A stretch of DNA of 63,184 nucleotides, filler included, from Stramenopiles sp. TOSAG23-3 (GCA_900128585.1; 12 parts of 12 records of this genome joined end to end with filler, not necessarily neighbours in it); one strand, 5' to 3'. Positions 21,937 to 32,700 are shown, counted from the first letter of the whole stretch. Numbers and translations: made by a program. Notes: generated by a model not told the origin, from the letters alone.

Positions 21937-22613
21937 TGCAGGAATAAAGTAAGAAAAACTGAGCTCTCCGTTGGGTTATAATCTACGATGCAAATCTCCG
22001 TGTGCACTGCGTCAATTTTGCACGTAAGTACACTGTTTATAACTTCAGTTCTGGGTGCTTCTCAACATGAACATCTCTTTCGATTATCATCTCTTCTTAT
22101 AATATATTTATATAAGTGGTGAAAATGAAAAAATACCTAATACCACCAAGGTAAAAAAAGCGTCGTCTCTTCTCTTCGTTCCGTGTGTTGTNNNNNNNNN
22201 NNNNNNNNNNNNNNNNNNNNNNNNNNNNNNNAATGCTGTGTTGTTGTTATAGCTAAATACGAGGAGTATTATTATTTAATAATAATTATTGAATCGATCT
22301 GATCAACACACAGCACACAGCACACAGCACACAGCACAATAATAGTACTAATATGAAAAAATAAATAATAATAATAAAGAAAAAAAGCGAAAAATAGAAA
22401 AGCAGCTATACGGAGCAGTATAAAATATAAAAAAATATATGTATATTATTATTATTATAGATATAGACGAATAACTGAATTTTAATACTACCAGTAATAG
22501 AAGAAAATTGCTAACGACTGTATTAGACGACCATGGTATTGGTCTAAATCTAAATGTGGATGCAGCAATTCATATAAGAGAGTGTTTCAACTTGTGGTGT
22601 ATCATAATTCAGT

Positions 22614-23873
22614 CTACAATTTCTCATTACCACATGCGTCTTTGTTCACTTTGGCCCAACCAATCCGATCGCGATCGCGATCGAAGACAAGGTAGTAATT
22701 GCGCATCAAACTATCGCCAAAAATAAAATAGCCACCTTCCCCCGTTGCACGAACGGCCAGGCAGGTCAGCGATTTGTTTCCCTTCGCTCGAACGTCTCCT
22801 TTCAGCAAATAATCAAAATTGTTCATGGCAAGTTGATACCCGTTTTCCAGCGTGATGTAAAACGAGGGGAAATCGGATACATCTGCATCCGATAGTTCAA
22901 AGCATTCCCCATCAAAAAGGGTTTTTTTCTCGTCCCCCGCATCGCAGATTCCTTTCAGCTTTGCGCCTTCTTTGCACAGTCCCAGAAACTGAGACTTCAT
23001 TGACGCATACGCTTCATCGGGCAACAATAATATGTTCGTCCCAGTGTCCAAAATAGCATTCGGGGGCAATCCTGTCAGCGAAGATTTGCTGTTTCCAATA
23101 GAAAACCCTTCAACTGCGATGGAATAAAACGGAGTTTTCCTTTGGACATAATTCATATCTCCTAAATACAAGGTTGTATCGACACCACCAATGGTAAGCG
23201 TTCCGTTCGATTCCGCGCCTTCATTATTAATGCAAAGTGCAAAAACGTTGTCCACCACCTTGTTGTCAACCAGCTGGGAGAACACATTCCGCTTTCCATC
23301 GCCAATGAATCCCATGACGCCACAAAGCGCTTTGAATTGGTCGAAGTTTTCTGTGATTTTGTTGATCGATCCAAACTGCACCGGCACTGGGCCGACGACG
23401 CCGCCAATAGAAACTTGATCCTCGTACACGTTTCCCGAGACAGTACACCGTGCAGTCATGTTGTCCAGGTCGCACGTGAGATAAGAATTGGAAAACGTCG
23501 GTGGGTCAGCTCGTTTTGACGTGCTTGACTTGAGTGGATCATACTGGCTGTTTGGTTTGTTTTTGTTGCAGCCTTGGCAGTTAATTCCTTCGATATCCAA
23601 GTTGGAACTCCCGCTATCAATGCAAACGGGAAACGACTTTGGCGGAGTACCGACGTCGATAAACGTCCAATAAATTGCTGTCGGCCAGATTGCACCACCG
23701 GCTGGGAAACTATGATTGCCGTCTTTGTACAGCCCTAGCTCTTTCACAATAGTCGAGTGCAGAATCGTTGGTTTCCCATGATGCAAATGCACCGGCACGC
23801 TATGGAATTTTGCGCCTGCGCATATGGCCAAAAAAGAAGCCAGCGCAACCAGAATTGCCCCACCCTCCTTCAT
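22614..23873 (-). CDS. Secreted pepsin-like aspartic protease (A1)
   Basis: Signal peptide, VGTPP, catalytic IDSGSS and ILDTGT, and IFGD...YYLVFDR...RIGWA. Confidence 0.92.
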   Translation of the reverse strand: MKEGGAILVALASFLAICAGAKFHSVPVHLHHGKPTILHSTIVKELGLYKDGNHSFPAGGAIWPTAIYWTFIDVGTPPKSFPVCIDSGSSNLDIEGINCQGCNKNKPNSQYDPLKSSTSKRADPPTFSNSYLTCDLDNMTARCTVSGNVYEDQVSIGGVVGPVPVQFGSINKITENFDQFKALCGVMGFIGDGKRNVFSQLVDNKVVDNVFALCINNEGAESNGTLTIGGVDTTLYLGDMNYVQRKTPFYSIAVEGFSIGNSKSSLTGLPPNAILDTGTNILLLPDEAYASMKSQFLGLCKEGAKLKGICDAGDEKKTLFDGECFELSDADVSDFPSFYITLENGYQLAMNNFDYLLKGDVRAKGNKSLTCLAVRATGEGGYFIFGDSLMRNYYLVFDRDRDRIGWAKVNKDACGNEKL

Positions 23874-24460
23874 TATGAAACGACTTTTAGAATACTTACA
23901 ATTAAATGCTTTATAATAGTGACTTCTTGGCTTCGTTTACAAAACTGTTGTAAAACCACGCTTTTCAAGATCGGCTTTAGCTTTGACTCCTTTAATCCTT
24001 TGTTAAGTCCGTCCGATCTCGAATACAATCATCAATTCAACAAAATCAATTGTTGTCATATTATTATTATACCTCTTCTTCATCGTCATCACAAAATAAA
24101 ATCATCATAAAAATTATTTTTTTTATTGTAGTGTAGTTAGGGTTAGGATTATGGTTAATATATTAAACGTAAAAAATAGGAATTTTCAGTACATCAACAC
24201 ACCATTAGGATGATTTTTAACTAATACATAGAAATAGCACAGAAGTGTTTTTTTATTTCACAAAAAATGCACATCATTACAATTTGGGTTTCCCTTATAA
24301 TGCTATGTAGATGTAGCGTTTTTCACAGCCAGAAATAAAGTTGAAATATTATTGTATAATNNNNNNNNNNNNNNNNNNNNNNNNNNNNNNNNNNNNNNNN
24401 NNNNTTAATTAATTAANNNNNNNNNNNNNNNNNNNNNNNNNNNNNNNNNNNNNNNNNNNN

Positions 24461-24539
24461 CTCCCCACCACCTTTTCTTTTATTTTTATTAATTATTTTT
24501 TTGTTCTCCTCGTAGCTACTACTTGGTATTACTCTAATA
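24461..24539 (+). repeat. 79-bp inverted repeat, left contig terminus
   Basis: Exact reverse complement of 30392-30470. Confidence 0.93.
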
Positions 24540-24856
24540 TCCTCGTACGGTACGGGTGGTACTTTCGTAGTTACCCGTACCAACAAGGAATAAGAAGAAG
24601 AAGATTATTTATTATTATTATTTAATTATCTATCATCATCATTTTTGTGAACCTCTCTACATTTAAACGGGGACGTTGTCGTGGACAGTTCAAATGAGAA
24701 GCTCATTGGTTGCGCTTTCGGACAGCTGTATCTCTAACGACAACGGTCATGTGTCCTAGCGAGTCACAAGTAGAGTAAATGAATAAACTTTCGCAATTAA
24801 CTCACTCTGTGCATTGTTTGAAACCTAACACACAATACTTCCTAGGAACATTAGTC

Positions 24857-25714
24857 ATGGGTAAGTCGAACGGTACCACGAAGGGGCGCTCGAAAAGCGT
24901 AACTCGTGGAGGCAAAGGAGTGCAGAAGCGTGTCCTCAAATTGCAGGAGAAGAAGGGTCCTGCGTCTCATTATTATGTAATTTTTACAATGCCAAACTTT
25001 TTCAAAACATTTATATCAAGCTTAGTGGTTCAGCTTTTAGCTATCCAAATTATACTGAGGGTGCCACTGCTCAGAGAACCTGTAGTTGGAGCCTACGATT
25101 TTGTGATGGTGACAATCATGACTACGGCACATCGACTGGCCCTATGGTCTGTCATATCACTCCTTTCCAGCAGCTGCTGTGCATTTCAGCTAATATTGAA
25201 CATGTTCAGTGTAGGATGTGCAGGTTTAAACTCCACAATGGGGCCTCTTCGACCGTTTTTTATAGCAGTTACAACTATCAGCCAACTGTGGCAGTGGATT
25301 TCTATACAGAAGGTGGAACAGTACCCCCAGGCGTTCGCGTCCTTGGTGTTGACAACTTGGTTGACGTTTCTGCCCGAAATTTTATACATTTATGTTCACT
25401 TCTACGGGGCCAAGAACGGGGCCTTTTGTCCCGGCGCCGAATCAAATACGGACAATTTTTCTGCAAAATACAGCATAAAAGTTTCTGGCATGAATTGTAT
25501 TGCCTGTGTCCAAACTATTAAAAGAGCAATTGAATCTACCGAAGGTGTGAAAGCAGTGGATGTTCAACTCGAACAAGGAGAGGCGCACGTTCTTCTTGCC
25601 GGCCCGTCGAACAAAGAACGAAATCAAAAAGTTATTGAACTTATTTGTGAAAACGTCATGAACACTGGGTTTGAGGCAGACCCAAAACAAGCGTGCCGTA
25701 TCTCCCAATTTTGA
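24857..25714 (+). CDS. MerT-like membrane segment fused to a C-terminal HMA domain
   Basis: TM with SSSCCAFQL...GPLRPFFIA (MerT-like CC pair and xPxRP) and HMA VSGMNCIACV. The start at 24857 is inferred; an upstream ATG exists at 24779. Confidence 0.7.
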   Translation: MGKSNGTTKGRSKSVTRGGKGVQKRVLKLQEKKGPASHYYVIFTMPNFFKTFISSLVVQLLAIQIILRVPLLREPVVGAYDFVMVTIMTTAHRLALWSVISLLSSSCCAFQLILNMFSVGCAGLNSTMGPLRPFFIAVTTISQLWQWISIQKVEQYPQAFASLVLTTWLTFLPEILYIYVHFYGAKNGAFCPGAESNTDNFSAKYSIKVSGMNCIACVQTIKRAIESTEGVKAVDVQLEQGEAHVLLAGPSNKERNQKVIELICENVMNTGFEADPKQACRISQF

Positions 25715-25810
25715 GTCGCAGAAATCGACCGCACCTTCAAGAGTAAAAAAACAAAATTGTTTCTTAATAGGTCTAATAAAATGTTTTTTCAATATATTTG
25801 GTGTCACCAA

Positions 25811-26716
25811 TCACTTGTTGGTTTGCCCACTGCCGTCCCGAAACCAGTCGTTTTGTAATTTGTCGGATTCATCAGTACGATTATAAAGCAACTCTGTCCT
25901 TATCATTATTTTTGCCCCATTTCCAACGAGCTCCCCAGCATGCCTAGCGTGTAACGGATGGCCCCCGTGAGGAAAACACAGCGCCGCCCCTTTTGGTGTT
26001 CGGACACAGACTTCCAAACTGTCGGTGTCTGCTTTAACATCCACCACATCCTTAAAACCTTTATTATGAAATACTGGATTTTGAGTAATACTTGAGCTAC
26101 AATCAGGATAAAATATAGTTCTGCCACCTTCATAACCATCGCTCAGAAGCAATAAAAAAGTCAGTTGGCTCCATCGCTTACCTGGCCATAAATCCCAGAC
26201 GAGCTCTTTCCTGTCCGGGGAGACTCCCGAGCCCGGCCAGCTTCCATCTACGTGAGGTTTGAAATAGTCGCCACCTTGGTACCGGTAACACCTGAACCTT
26301 GCGTTTAATCCTACAGCATCTGCGCCAGGGCAAATAGAGCTGGCGCTTGCAGGGAGAGCACGATTGGCCCGTTTCCAAATATTGTCTACTATTGTTTCGT
26401 GAGCGACCCAATTAACATTTTCCATGTGCCTGAACGAATGGGGCAAAGACACCGGAGCGTCTTCATCCCATCCCATATCAGTTACATGACGAACAATTTG
26501 TTCGCACTCATCGGATGACAACACATTAAGCAATTGAAATGCCCCTGGTACAAAATCTGAAAGATCGCGACATATTGTGTTTGGCTCGTGCTGATCAAAA
26601 TTTACATTTCCAGCAGAAGAACACGTCCACGTTGGTAACGGCCGGCCCGAGTGTCCAAACTCCTTAGCAACAACGTGAAAGTTGCTAACGAATCGTACCA
26701 GCCTGGGTTTCAACAT
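25811..26716 (-). CDS. 2OG-Fe(II) oxygenase, prolyl-4-hydroxylase-like
   Basis: NVLSSDEC, GLNARFRCYRY...FKPHVDG, YEGGRT, H...HAG and KIMIRTEL. Confidence 0.85.
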   Translation of the reverse strand: MLKPRLVRFVSNFHVVAKEFGHSGRPLPTWTCSSAGNVNFDQHEPNTICRDLSDFVPGAFQLLNVLSSDECEQIVRHVTDMGWDEDAPVSLPHSFRHMENVNWVAHETIVDNIWKRANRALPASASSICPGADAVGLNARFRCYRYQGGDYFKPHVDGSWPGSGVSPDRKELVWDLWPGKRWSQLTFLLLLSDGYEGGRTIFYPDCSSSITQNPVFHNKGFKDVVDVKADTDSLEVCVRTPKGAALCFPHGGHPLHARHAGELVGNGAKIMIRTELLYNRTDESDKLQNDWFRDGSGQTNK

Positions 26717-27415
26717 GATACGGCAGTACGAGTACAACTTTCCCTGCCTTCTTTCGGGTTTGTTGCATCCAAATCTTCTCAAATTTCGTATGTTTCTCTC
26801 GTTGTATCAATAATCACTATAATATAGCTCTGAAAAAACAAGAGGTGGGTTGGGTTTCATTTGTAGATGATAATTCGAATTGTTATTGAATGATTGAATG
26901 TGATTATTTGTTGTGGTGGTGTGATTTTTTTTTTTTCTCATCATCATCATCATCTCAGAAGGGAGAAGGGAGAAGAACAACAAGAAGTACGAACACTGCT
27001 GTATATGTTGTACCCTAATATCAACATGATGTTATAAAACTCCTCCTGTTTTACTTGTCTTTGATTCTACTTTTTACTTATGTCTATATATTATACTCAT
27101 CTGATGATTATTAAAACATCGTTACACGCAGCACGTTAAACGGATACAAAATTGTTGAGAGGAGAAGAAGAAGAGGATTTTCTTATGATTAATTATAGTT
27201 GAGATCATCGCGCATTTGTTTCATTTATTTTTCATTATCTCAGAAGGTATGGTTCCTTTCTACATGATAAACCCATTTATACCGCCAAATTAGTTTTTAA
27301 TAGAACATTTCTGTTGTATCGTTGTAAAATTCTTATTGCAAAGTTTGACACGGCGATATATAAAACTAAGCCATTCGGCAGACGCATTATTGTTTCCTGG
27401 GATTAAATAGCTGTC

Positions 27416-27832
27416 ATGGCGCATTTCTACATTGCTGGAAATGCAGCGAGTATTGAGTTTGCGGCCGGTGAAAGATTGGTTGATATCTTGCAATATAGAT
27501 TGCCAGATTGCCGCTTCTCAAAATTAGTAACTTCAACGCAAAAATGGGGAAATCTCAGATCAGAATTGCAGCAAAAATGGGGGTTTAAAACAAAAGAGTA
27601 CCAGTGCGTCGTTTGGACGTCCGCTGGACTGCTGATAGGCAACGAGAAAGATTTTTCTACGTATGTTCAAGAAACGTACGGTGTCAAAACGGATGTGACC
27701 AAAGTGCAAATGGTTAAGATCGCTAGTGAAAACGCTGCAAGCGTTATGTCAATTCTTAACGATAGAGACCTAACGGATGGCCACAACTCTGAATATGTGG
27801 AAGTGAATAGTTGGGAGAGTTCCGAGTATTGA
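27416..27832 (+). CDS. Stand-alone MDH1B/PPIL6 N-terminal-like domain protein
   Basis: MAHFYIAG...ERLVDILQYRLPD...W...VVW...GLLIG...F...YGV parallels the MDH1B N-terminus (MAKFVIAG...LQKNLPDF...GLLLGG). Similarity judged by eye. Confidence 0.6.
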   Translation: MAHFYIAGNAASIEFAAGERLVDILQYRLPDCRFSKLVTSTQKWGNLRSELQQKWGFKTKEYQCVVWTSAGLLIGNEKDFSTYVQETYGVKTDVTKVQMVKIASENAASVMSILNDRDLTDGHNSEYVEVNSWESSEY

Positions 27833-28069
27833 GATTTTGTGTCAACTACCTCGGGCGTATAAAAAATAGTTCTTTAGTCCCCTTTTCCCTCATTTGTGAA
27901 GAGATACTGCCCCTGTGCATTATTGTGCTTCTGGCGGTCCATTTCCGCCGCAGGCAAAAAAAGCGGGGATTTAGAAAATGCGTTATTAATCATCTTAAGA
28001 AAATCTTAAATGTACACGAGATTTAATTTTAATCTCTCATATTGGTACACCTCATTACACATTAAATAA

Positions 28070-28534
28070 TTAAAAAGCAAGAAAATTGGCTATTATTTAA
28101 GTATGATAATTAAAATTAATGTTCTTGCGTGTGCACTGAACTCTAAAATTAAAAACAAAAATTGGCTGTTAAATGTGAGAGTCTTGAAGCATGAAAAAAC
28201 AAATTATATAGTATGTTTTAAGACTCTCAAAAAAGAAAAGAAAAAAGAAGGTAAAACCGTTCAAGAACCCAANNNNNNNNNNNNNNNNNNNNNNNNNNNN
28301 NNNNNNNNNNNNNNNNNNNNNNNNNNNNNNNNNNNAAGATCCAAGTCTACTAAGAGTATCATGGATTTTCCACTTCAGGGCGTATTCGTATTCATCATTC
28401 AAACTATCGTAAAAGCATGAATACTCTATATAATTTATTTTTAAATATGGTAAAAAATATATATTTTAAAATTTAGCTTTCTCGGTGTACCGCGAGAAAA
28501 ATAAATTAAAAACAAAAAATTGGCTGTTATTTAA
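28070..28534. repeat. Cluster of 3'-intergenic modules: A x3 (28070-28100, 28149-28172, 28506-28534) and B hairpin (28176-28229)
   Basis: Direct reading. Located between convergent stops at 27832 and 28567. Confidence 0.88.
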
Positions 28535-28566
28535 TTAAATAATTAAATTTTGTTTTGGTTCTCTTC

Positions 28567-30171
28567 CTACAAATTTGGCAACGAGACGCTCTTCTTGATA
28601 GCGGCGCTTCCTTGAGATTTCTCCAGCTGCTTTTGTTGAATAAGTCGCGATACCTTTTCTCTCCACAATTTCTGTCGGCGCTGCTCTGCGAACAGTTTCT
28701 CCCCTTCTGTTTTTCGTAACAAATATTTGACTCCATATGTTAAGCGCTTGGCTCTCCGAGCAGCCTCGCCTTGGCGTTTTTTCAAAAGATAGTCTTTTGC
28801 AACACGGTCAGAAGACTTAAAACGTATGTTGGCACGCTCTTTGATTACTTTCTTGGCCTGTCTCGTTATTATTTGCAGTGCATCTTCCTTTGAGAACGAC
28901 AACAATTCCACCGGGGTTTTCGCGACCACTGTGCACTCTCTCTGCCCGTAGCCCATCAGCCCTTCTTCGCAACAGTAATCGCCTTTGTAGGACACATCAA
29001 GCTGTACACTGTGTTTAATATCTTTCATCACGGTTTCGTAAGAACGCTTCGAAGTCGGCCATTTGTTCCCCCGTGAATATGATATTTCTCGCTTGACTGT
29101 CACAGTGCCACTCTTAATAAAATACATTTTTCCCGCAGGGTCGCCTTGCTTTGATATTGTAGCCCCTTCTGGAAATCGTTCCAACTCTAGCATTGCCGCG
29201 AGTTGCAACAGTCGCTGCCAACTCCACCCCTTTACTAACGGCACACTGCCTTCTAAAAAGTCGCGGTTATTATTAGTCCGTTGACTCTCAAAATTTTTCA
29301 TGCTTTCACGGTACGTGTACCCTCGTAACATGGCCAAGCAAGTGCGTTTTTCTAATGCTGTACAGGTCGATTGGCGCACTGTGCTTTCGTTGCTTAATGT
29401 CAGCGCCTCTTCCCCAAAAGTGGCCCCTGCCTTGAAAGTTTGGAACGGTGCAAGCTCGCCACGCTTTTGAAAAGCAACTGAGCCGGAAACTATCATGTAG
29501 TACTTGTTTTCCGTGTCGCCCTGCTTGAAGAGACTTTCCCCTTTGTTCAGATCAACGTGCTTTATTTTACCGCACACAATACGCAGTCGATCCTCGTTTA
29601 AGTGCTGCAAGTGTTCGAACTGCGAAACCCACTCCATTATAACATTTACGTCGTCTGCGGTTCGTTCCTCCGTGTGTTTTCTAATTGGAATTCGGACACG
29701 GACATTTATGTCTGCTACTTTCTCGTTAAAGCGGCGGAAAACAGTCTGGAAGTCTCTCCTGTTCTTTACCCACGTGGGGAATATATCATCTTTTTGACGG
29801 GCGACTATGGCGCGTTGTTGAACTTCTGAGTTGTCGTAAACAGGGGTAACTTTTGCCCAATCCGGTACCTCCAGTTCTCTCTGTATTTTTTTTTTCAGGT
29901 TCCGAATCAACTTGTTCACGCGCTTCCCATGAGGAGTTTGTGGGGTCTGGCGCCCTATGTAGTATTCTATTAAAGGTTCTAAGTTTTTTATACGCGGCAC
30001 CAGACCGGTAGGGTCTTCCGGAAGCTCAGCGTCCGTCCCGAACGCCGCAGCCCCAAGGACAGGGGCAGATTCTGATGCTCGCATAGGGGAAATTATATGT
30101 GATAGACAATCCTCAAGAGGAAGCGCAACAGTGATCCGCCTTTCTCGATCCTTTCTCAGCGGCTGGTACAT
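28567..30171 (-). CDS. Tandem cyclic-nucleotide-binding domain protein
   Basis: GESLFKQGD...YMIVSGSV...GATFGEEAL...RQSTC and GATISKQGD...MYFIKSG...RECTVVA. Confidence 0.85.
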   Translation of the reverse strand: MYQPLRKDRERRITVALPLEDCLSHIISPMRASESAPVLGAAAFGTDAELPEDPTGLVPRIKNLEPLIEYYIGRQTPQTPHGKRVNKLIRNLKKKIQRELEVPDWAKVTPVYDNSEVQQRAIVARQKDDIFPTWVKNRRDFQTVFRRFNEKVADINVRVRIPIRKHTEERTADDVNVIMEWVSQFEHLQHLNEDRLRIVCGKIKHVDLNKGESLFKQGDTENKYYMIVSGSVAFQKRGELAPFQTFKAGATFGEEALTLSNESTVRQSTCTALEKRTCLAMLRGYTYRESMKNFESQRTNNNRDFLEGSVPLVKGWSWQRLLQLAAMLELERFPEGATISKQGDPAGKMYFIKSGTVTVKREISYSRGNKWPTSKRSYETVMKDIKHSVQLDVSYKGDYCCEEGLMGYGQRECTVVAKTPVELLSFSKEDALQIITRQAKKVIKERANIRFKSSDRVAKDYLLKKRQGEAARRAKRLTYGVKYLLRKTEGEKLFAEQRRQKLWREKVSRLIQQKQLEKSQGSAAIKKSVSLPNL

Positions 30172-30391
30172 TGGCAATTGTTTTTCCTGCTCGGTGCGTT
30201 GGAGATTCGCGCGAATTATGCAGTATAGTGAGCAATGAAGTAAAGATGATGAGTGTTGCGCTGCTGCTGCTGTTGCTGCTGTTGCCGCAGCTAAAAAGAA
30301 AGTCTGCGCGTATATACATCGGAATAGCAGAGAATCGTTTGTTTATTTTTTATGCCGTTGAGAAAAAATAAAAACCTGTTGTAGAAGAGGT

Positions 30392-30470
30392 TATTAGAGT
30401 AATACCAAGTAGTAGCTACGAGGAGAACAAAAAAATAATTAATAAAAATAAAAGAAAAGGTGGTGGGGAG
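30392..30470 (-). repeat. 79-bp inverted repeat, right contig terminus
   Basis: Exact reverse complement of 24461-24539. Confidence 0.93.
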
Positions 30471-30772
30471 NNNNNNNNNNNNNNNNNNNNNNNNNNNNNN
30501 NNNNNNNNNNNNNNTTAATTAATTAANNNNNNNNNNNNNNNNNNNNNNNNNNNNNNNNNNNNNNNNNNNNAAGAAGAAAAAAGAGAAGAAGGCCGCCCCC
30601 AGTCCTTACATTTTCAAATCTAAAATATTTCTGAATACGAAAAGTATACTGGTACATCTTCTTTCGAAAAGAATAATGAAAGAAAGTTCATGGCGACAAA
30701 ACAATATATTTGTTCAACTGCTTCTATCGGAAACGATTTGTTAAGAATCAGTACGGAAGGATTACTATATAT

Positions 30773-32236
30773 ATGAGTGACACTCAAAGCGCCGTTCCGA
30801 GAAGGGACAAGTATGAAAACCCCCTGGTCTCCCGGTACGCAAGCAAGGAAATGAGCTACGTGTGGTCTCCAGAAAAGAAATTTACAACTTGGCGGTCGCT
30901 TTGGATCCATTTGGCGGAAGGCCAGCGGGAGTTGGGGCTGGATATTTCGGAAGAGCAAATTGCGGAGCTCCGCCGGTATAGGACCAACATCAACTACGAG
31001 GTGGCAAAGGAGCGTGAGAAGCAAGTTCGACACGACGTAATGTCCCACGTGCACGCGTATGGGGTACAGTGCCCGAGTGCCAGCGGCATCATCCACCTAG
31101 GGGCCACAAGCTGCTTTATTGCAGACAACACTGAGCTTGTGCAGATTCGAGACGGTATGCGGTTGATCTACAAGAAGTTAGCCCACGTTATGAAGCACCT
31201 ACGGGCATTTTCGGAACAATACAAGGCTCTCCCGACCCTGGGCTTCACCCACTACCAACCAGCGCAGCTCGTCACGGTTGGCAAGCGTTCCTCTCTGTGG
31301 TTGCAGGACTTTTTGTTCGATTTTCAACAGTTGGAGTTTTTGCTTGAAAAGCTTCCACTTCGTGGGATCAAAGGTACCACCGGGACGCAAGCAAGTTTTT
31401 TGGAATTGTTCGAAGGAGACCATGAAAAGGTTGTAGCGCTGGACCGTTTAGTATCGGAAAAGCTTGGTTTCGCGCGCACGATCCCAGTATCGGGCCAGAC
31501 CTATTCCCGGAAACTGGACTACCAAGTAATTGCGTGCTTATCGGCAATATGCCAATCTGCGTACAAGATGGGAGGGGACATTAGGCTCCTGGCAAATCTA
31601 AAAGAGATCGAAGAACCATTTGGAAAGTCCCAAATTGGCTCCAGCGCGATGGCATACAAACGCAATCCGATGCGATCTGAGCGCATGTGCTCCTTGGCCC
31701 GATTCGTCATGTCCCTCGCGTCCAGCGCCGCGAATACGGCATCGAACCAGTGGTTGGAACGAACCCTAGATGACTCAGCTAACCGTCGATTGACTCTTCC
31801 CGAAGCGTTTCTAGGGACGGATGTGGTTCTGAACTTGGCAATCAACATCATCGATGGCTTGCAAGTATGGCCCAATGTAATTAAATCCCGCGTCATGTCC
31901 GAGCTGCCGTTCATGACAACGGAGGTCATTCTAATGGCAGCCGTCAAAGCGGGGGGGAATCGTCAGGAGTTGCACGAGGCCATTCGTGAGCACTCCATGG
32001 CGGCAGGGAGACGGGTAAAGACAGAAGGCGCTGCAAATGACCTTCTCGATCGAATCAAGGCTGATGCGCTCTTTGCAGCGGTCCACCATGATTTGGAGAG
32101 ACTGGTCGATCCCAGTCTATTCATTGGACGGTGTGTTGAACAGGTCGAAGGTTTTCTGAAGGACCACGTTGACCCCGTTCTCGTGTCCAAAGCCCATCTG
32201 CTAGCTAACGAGTTGGAGGACGAAATCAGCGTGTAA
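30773..32236 (+). CDS. ADSL: Adenylosuccinate lyase
   Basis: YENPLVSRYAS, RHDVMSH, IIHLGATS, GFTHYQPAQ and the signature GSSAMAYKRNP. Confidence 0.97.
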   Translation: MSDTQSAVPRRDKYENPLVSRYASKEMSYVWSPEKKFTTWRSLWIHLAEGQRELGLDISEEQIAELRRYRTNINYEVAKEREKQVRHDVMSHVHAYGVQCPSASGIIHLGATSCFIADNTELVQIRDGMRLIYKKLAHVMKHLRAFSEQYKALPTLGFTHYQPAQLVTVGKRSSLWLQDFLFDFQQLEFLLEKLPLRGIKGTTGTQASFLELFEGDHEKVVALDRLVSEKLGFARTIPVSGQTYSRKLDYQVIACLSAICQSAYKMGGDIRLLANLKEIEEPFGKSQIGSSAMAYKRNPMRSERMCSLARFVMSLASSAANTASNQWLERTLDDSANRRLTLPEAFLGTDVVLNLAINIIDGLQVWPNVIKSRVMSELPFMTTEVILMAAVKAGGNRQELHEAIREHSMAAGRRVKTEGAANDLLDRIKADALFAAVHHDLERLVDPSLFIGRCVEQVEGFLKDHVDPVLVSKAHLLANELEDEISV

Positions 32237-32320
32237 AAAAACGGGGGAAGAGGATCGATTCCGAAAAGTTGCAGGGTCAGGGCGTCTTCAAGTCAGGCAA
32301 AATTGAGGGTTCCAACCAAA

Positions 32321-32414
32321 TAGGAAGTAAGAGTATTCTTTTCAAAATAAAAAGATTTGCAACACACCTCAAAGAAAGACGAATTGTCAAACATTTAAGA
32401 TATCTGAGAGTATA
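32321..32414 (+). repeat. 94-bp direct repeat, copy 1
   Basis: Matches 34078-34171 with 3 mismatches. Confidence 0.92.
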
Positions 32415-32452
32415 TACGCGCGTGAACTATCTCCGAAGAATTATTCTTTAAC

Positions 32453-32596
32453 AAAAAACCAAAATACATAGTATGTTTTAAGACTCATATATTCTTTAAC
32501 ATATATATTAACTTTAAATAACAGCCAATTTTCTTGTTTTTTTTTTTTTTTTAATATATTGAGAGTCTTAAAACATACTATATATTTTGGTTTTTT
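32453..32596. repeat. Nested unit: 34-bp inverted repeat (module B) enclosing module A
   Basis: 32453-32486 versus 32563-32596, 1 mismatch. Module A lies in reverse at about 32514-32554. Confidence 0.9.
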
Positions 32597-32700
32597 TATT
32601 AACTTAAGATTGAATCATATTCTTCAATTTATCGCATAGATTTGAAGAACACAAACAAAGGTATGAGGGGTTGCGGAGCAATCTGGCCCCAGCAACCCTC

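Noticed and set aside
24544-24581. GTAC cluster upstream of the HMA gene as a copper-response element
   Set aside because: Similar GTAC clusters occur near unrelated genes (about 6957, 52126 and 52402), so it is not specific.
19484-25714. Apparent copper cluster (SCO1 near the HMA gene) or kinetochore cluster (DSN1-like near BUB1)
   Set aside because: The genes are on different contigs, and their adjacency is a product of concatenation.
28070-28534. Repeated module A as a CRISPR-like array
   Set aside because: Spacing is irregular, orientation is mixed elsewhere, the copies are degenerate, the context is eukaryotic and there are no cas genes.
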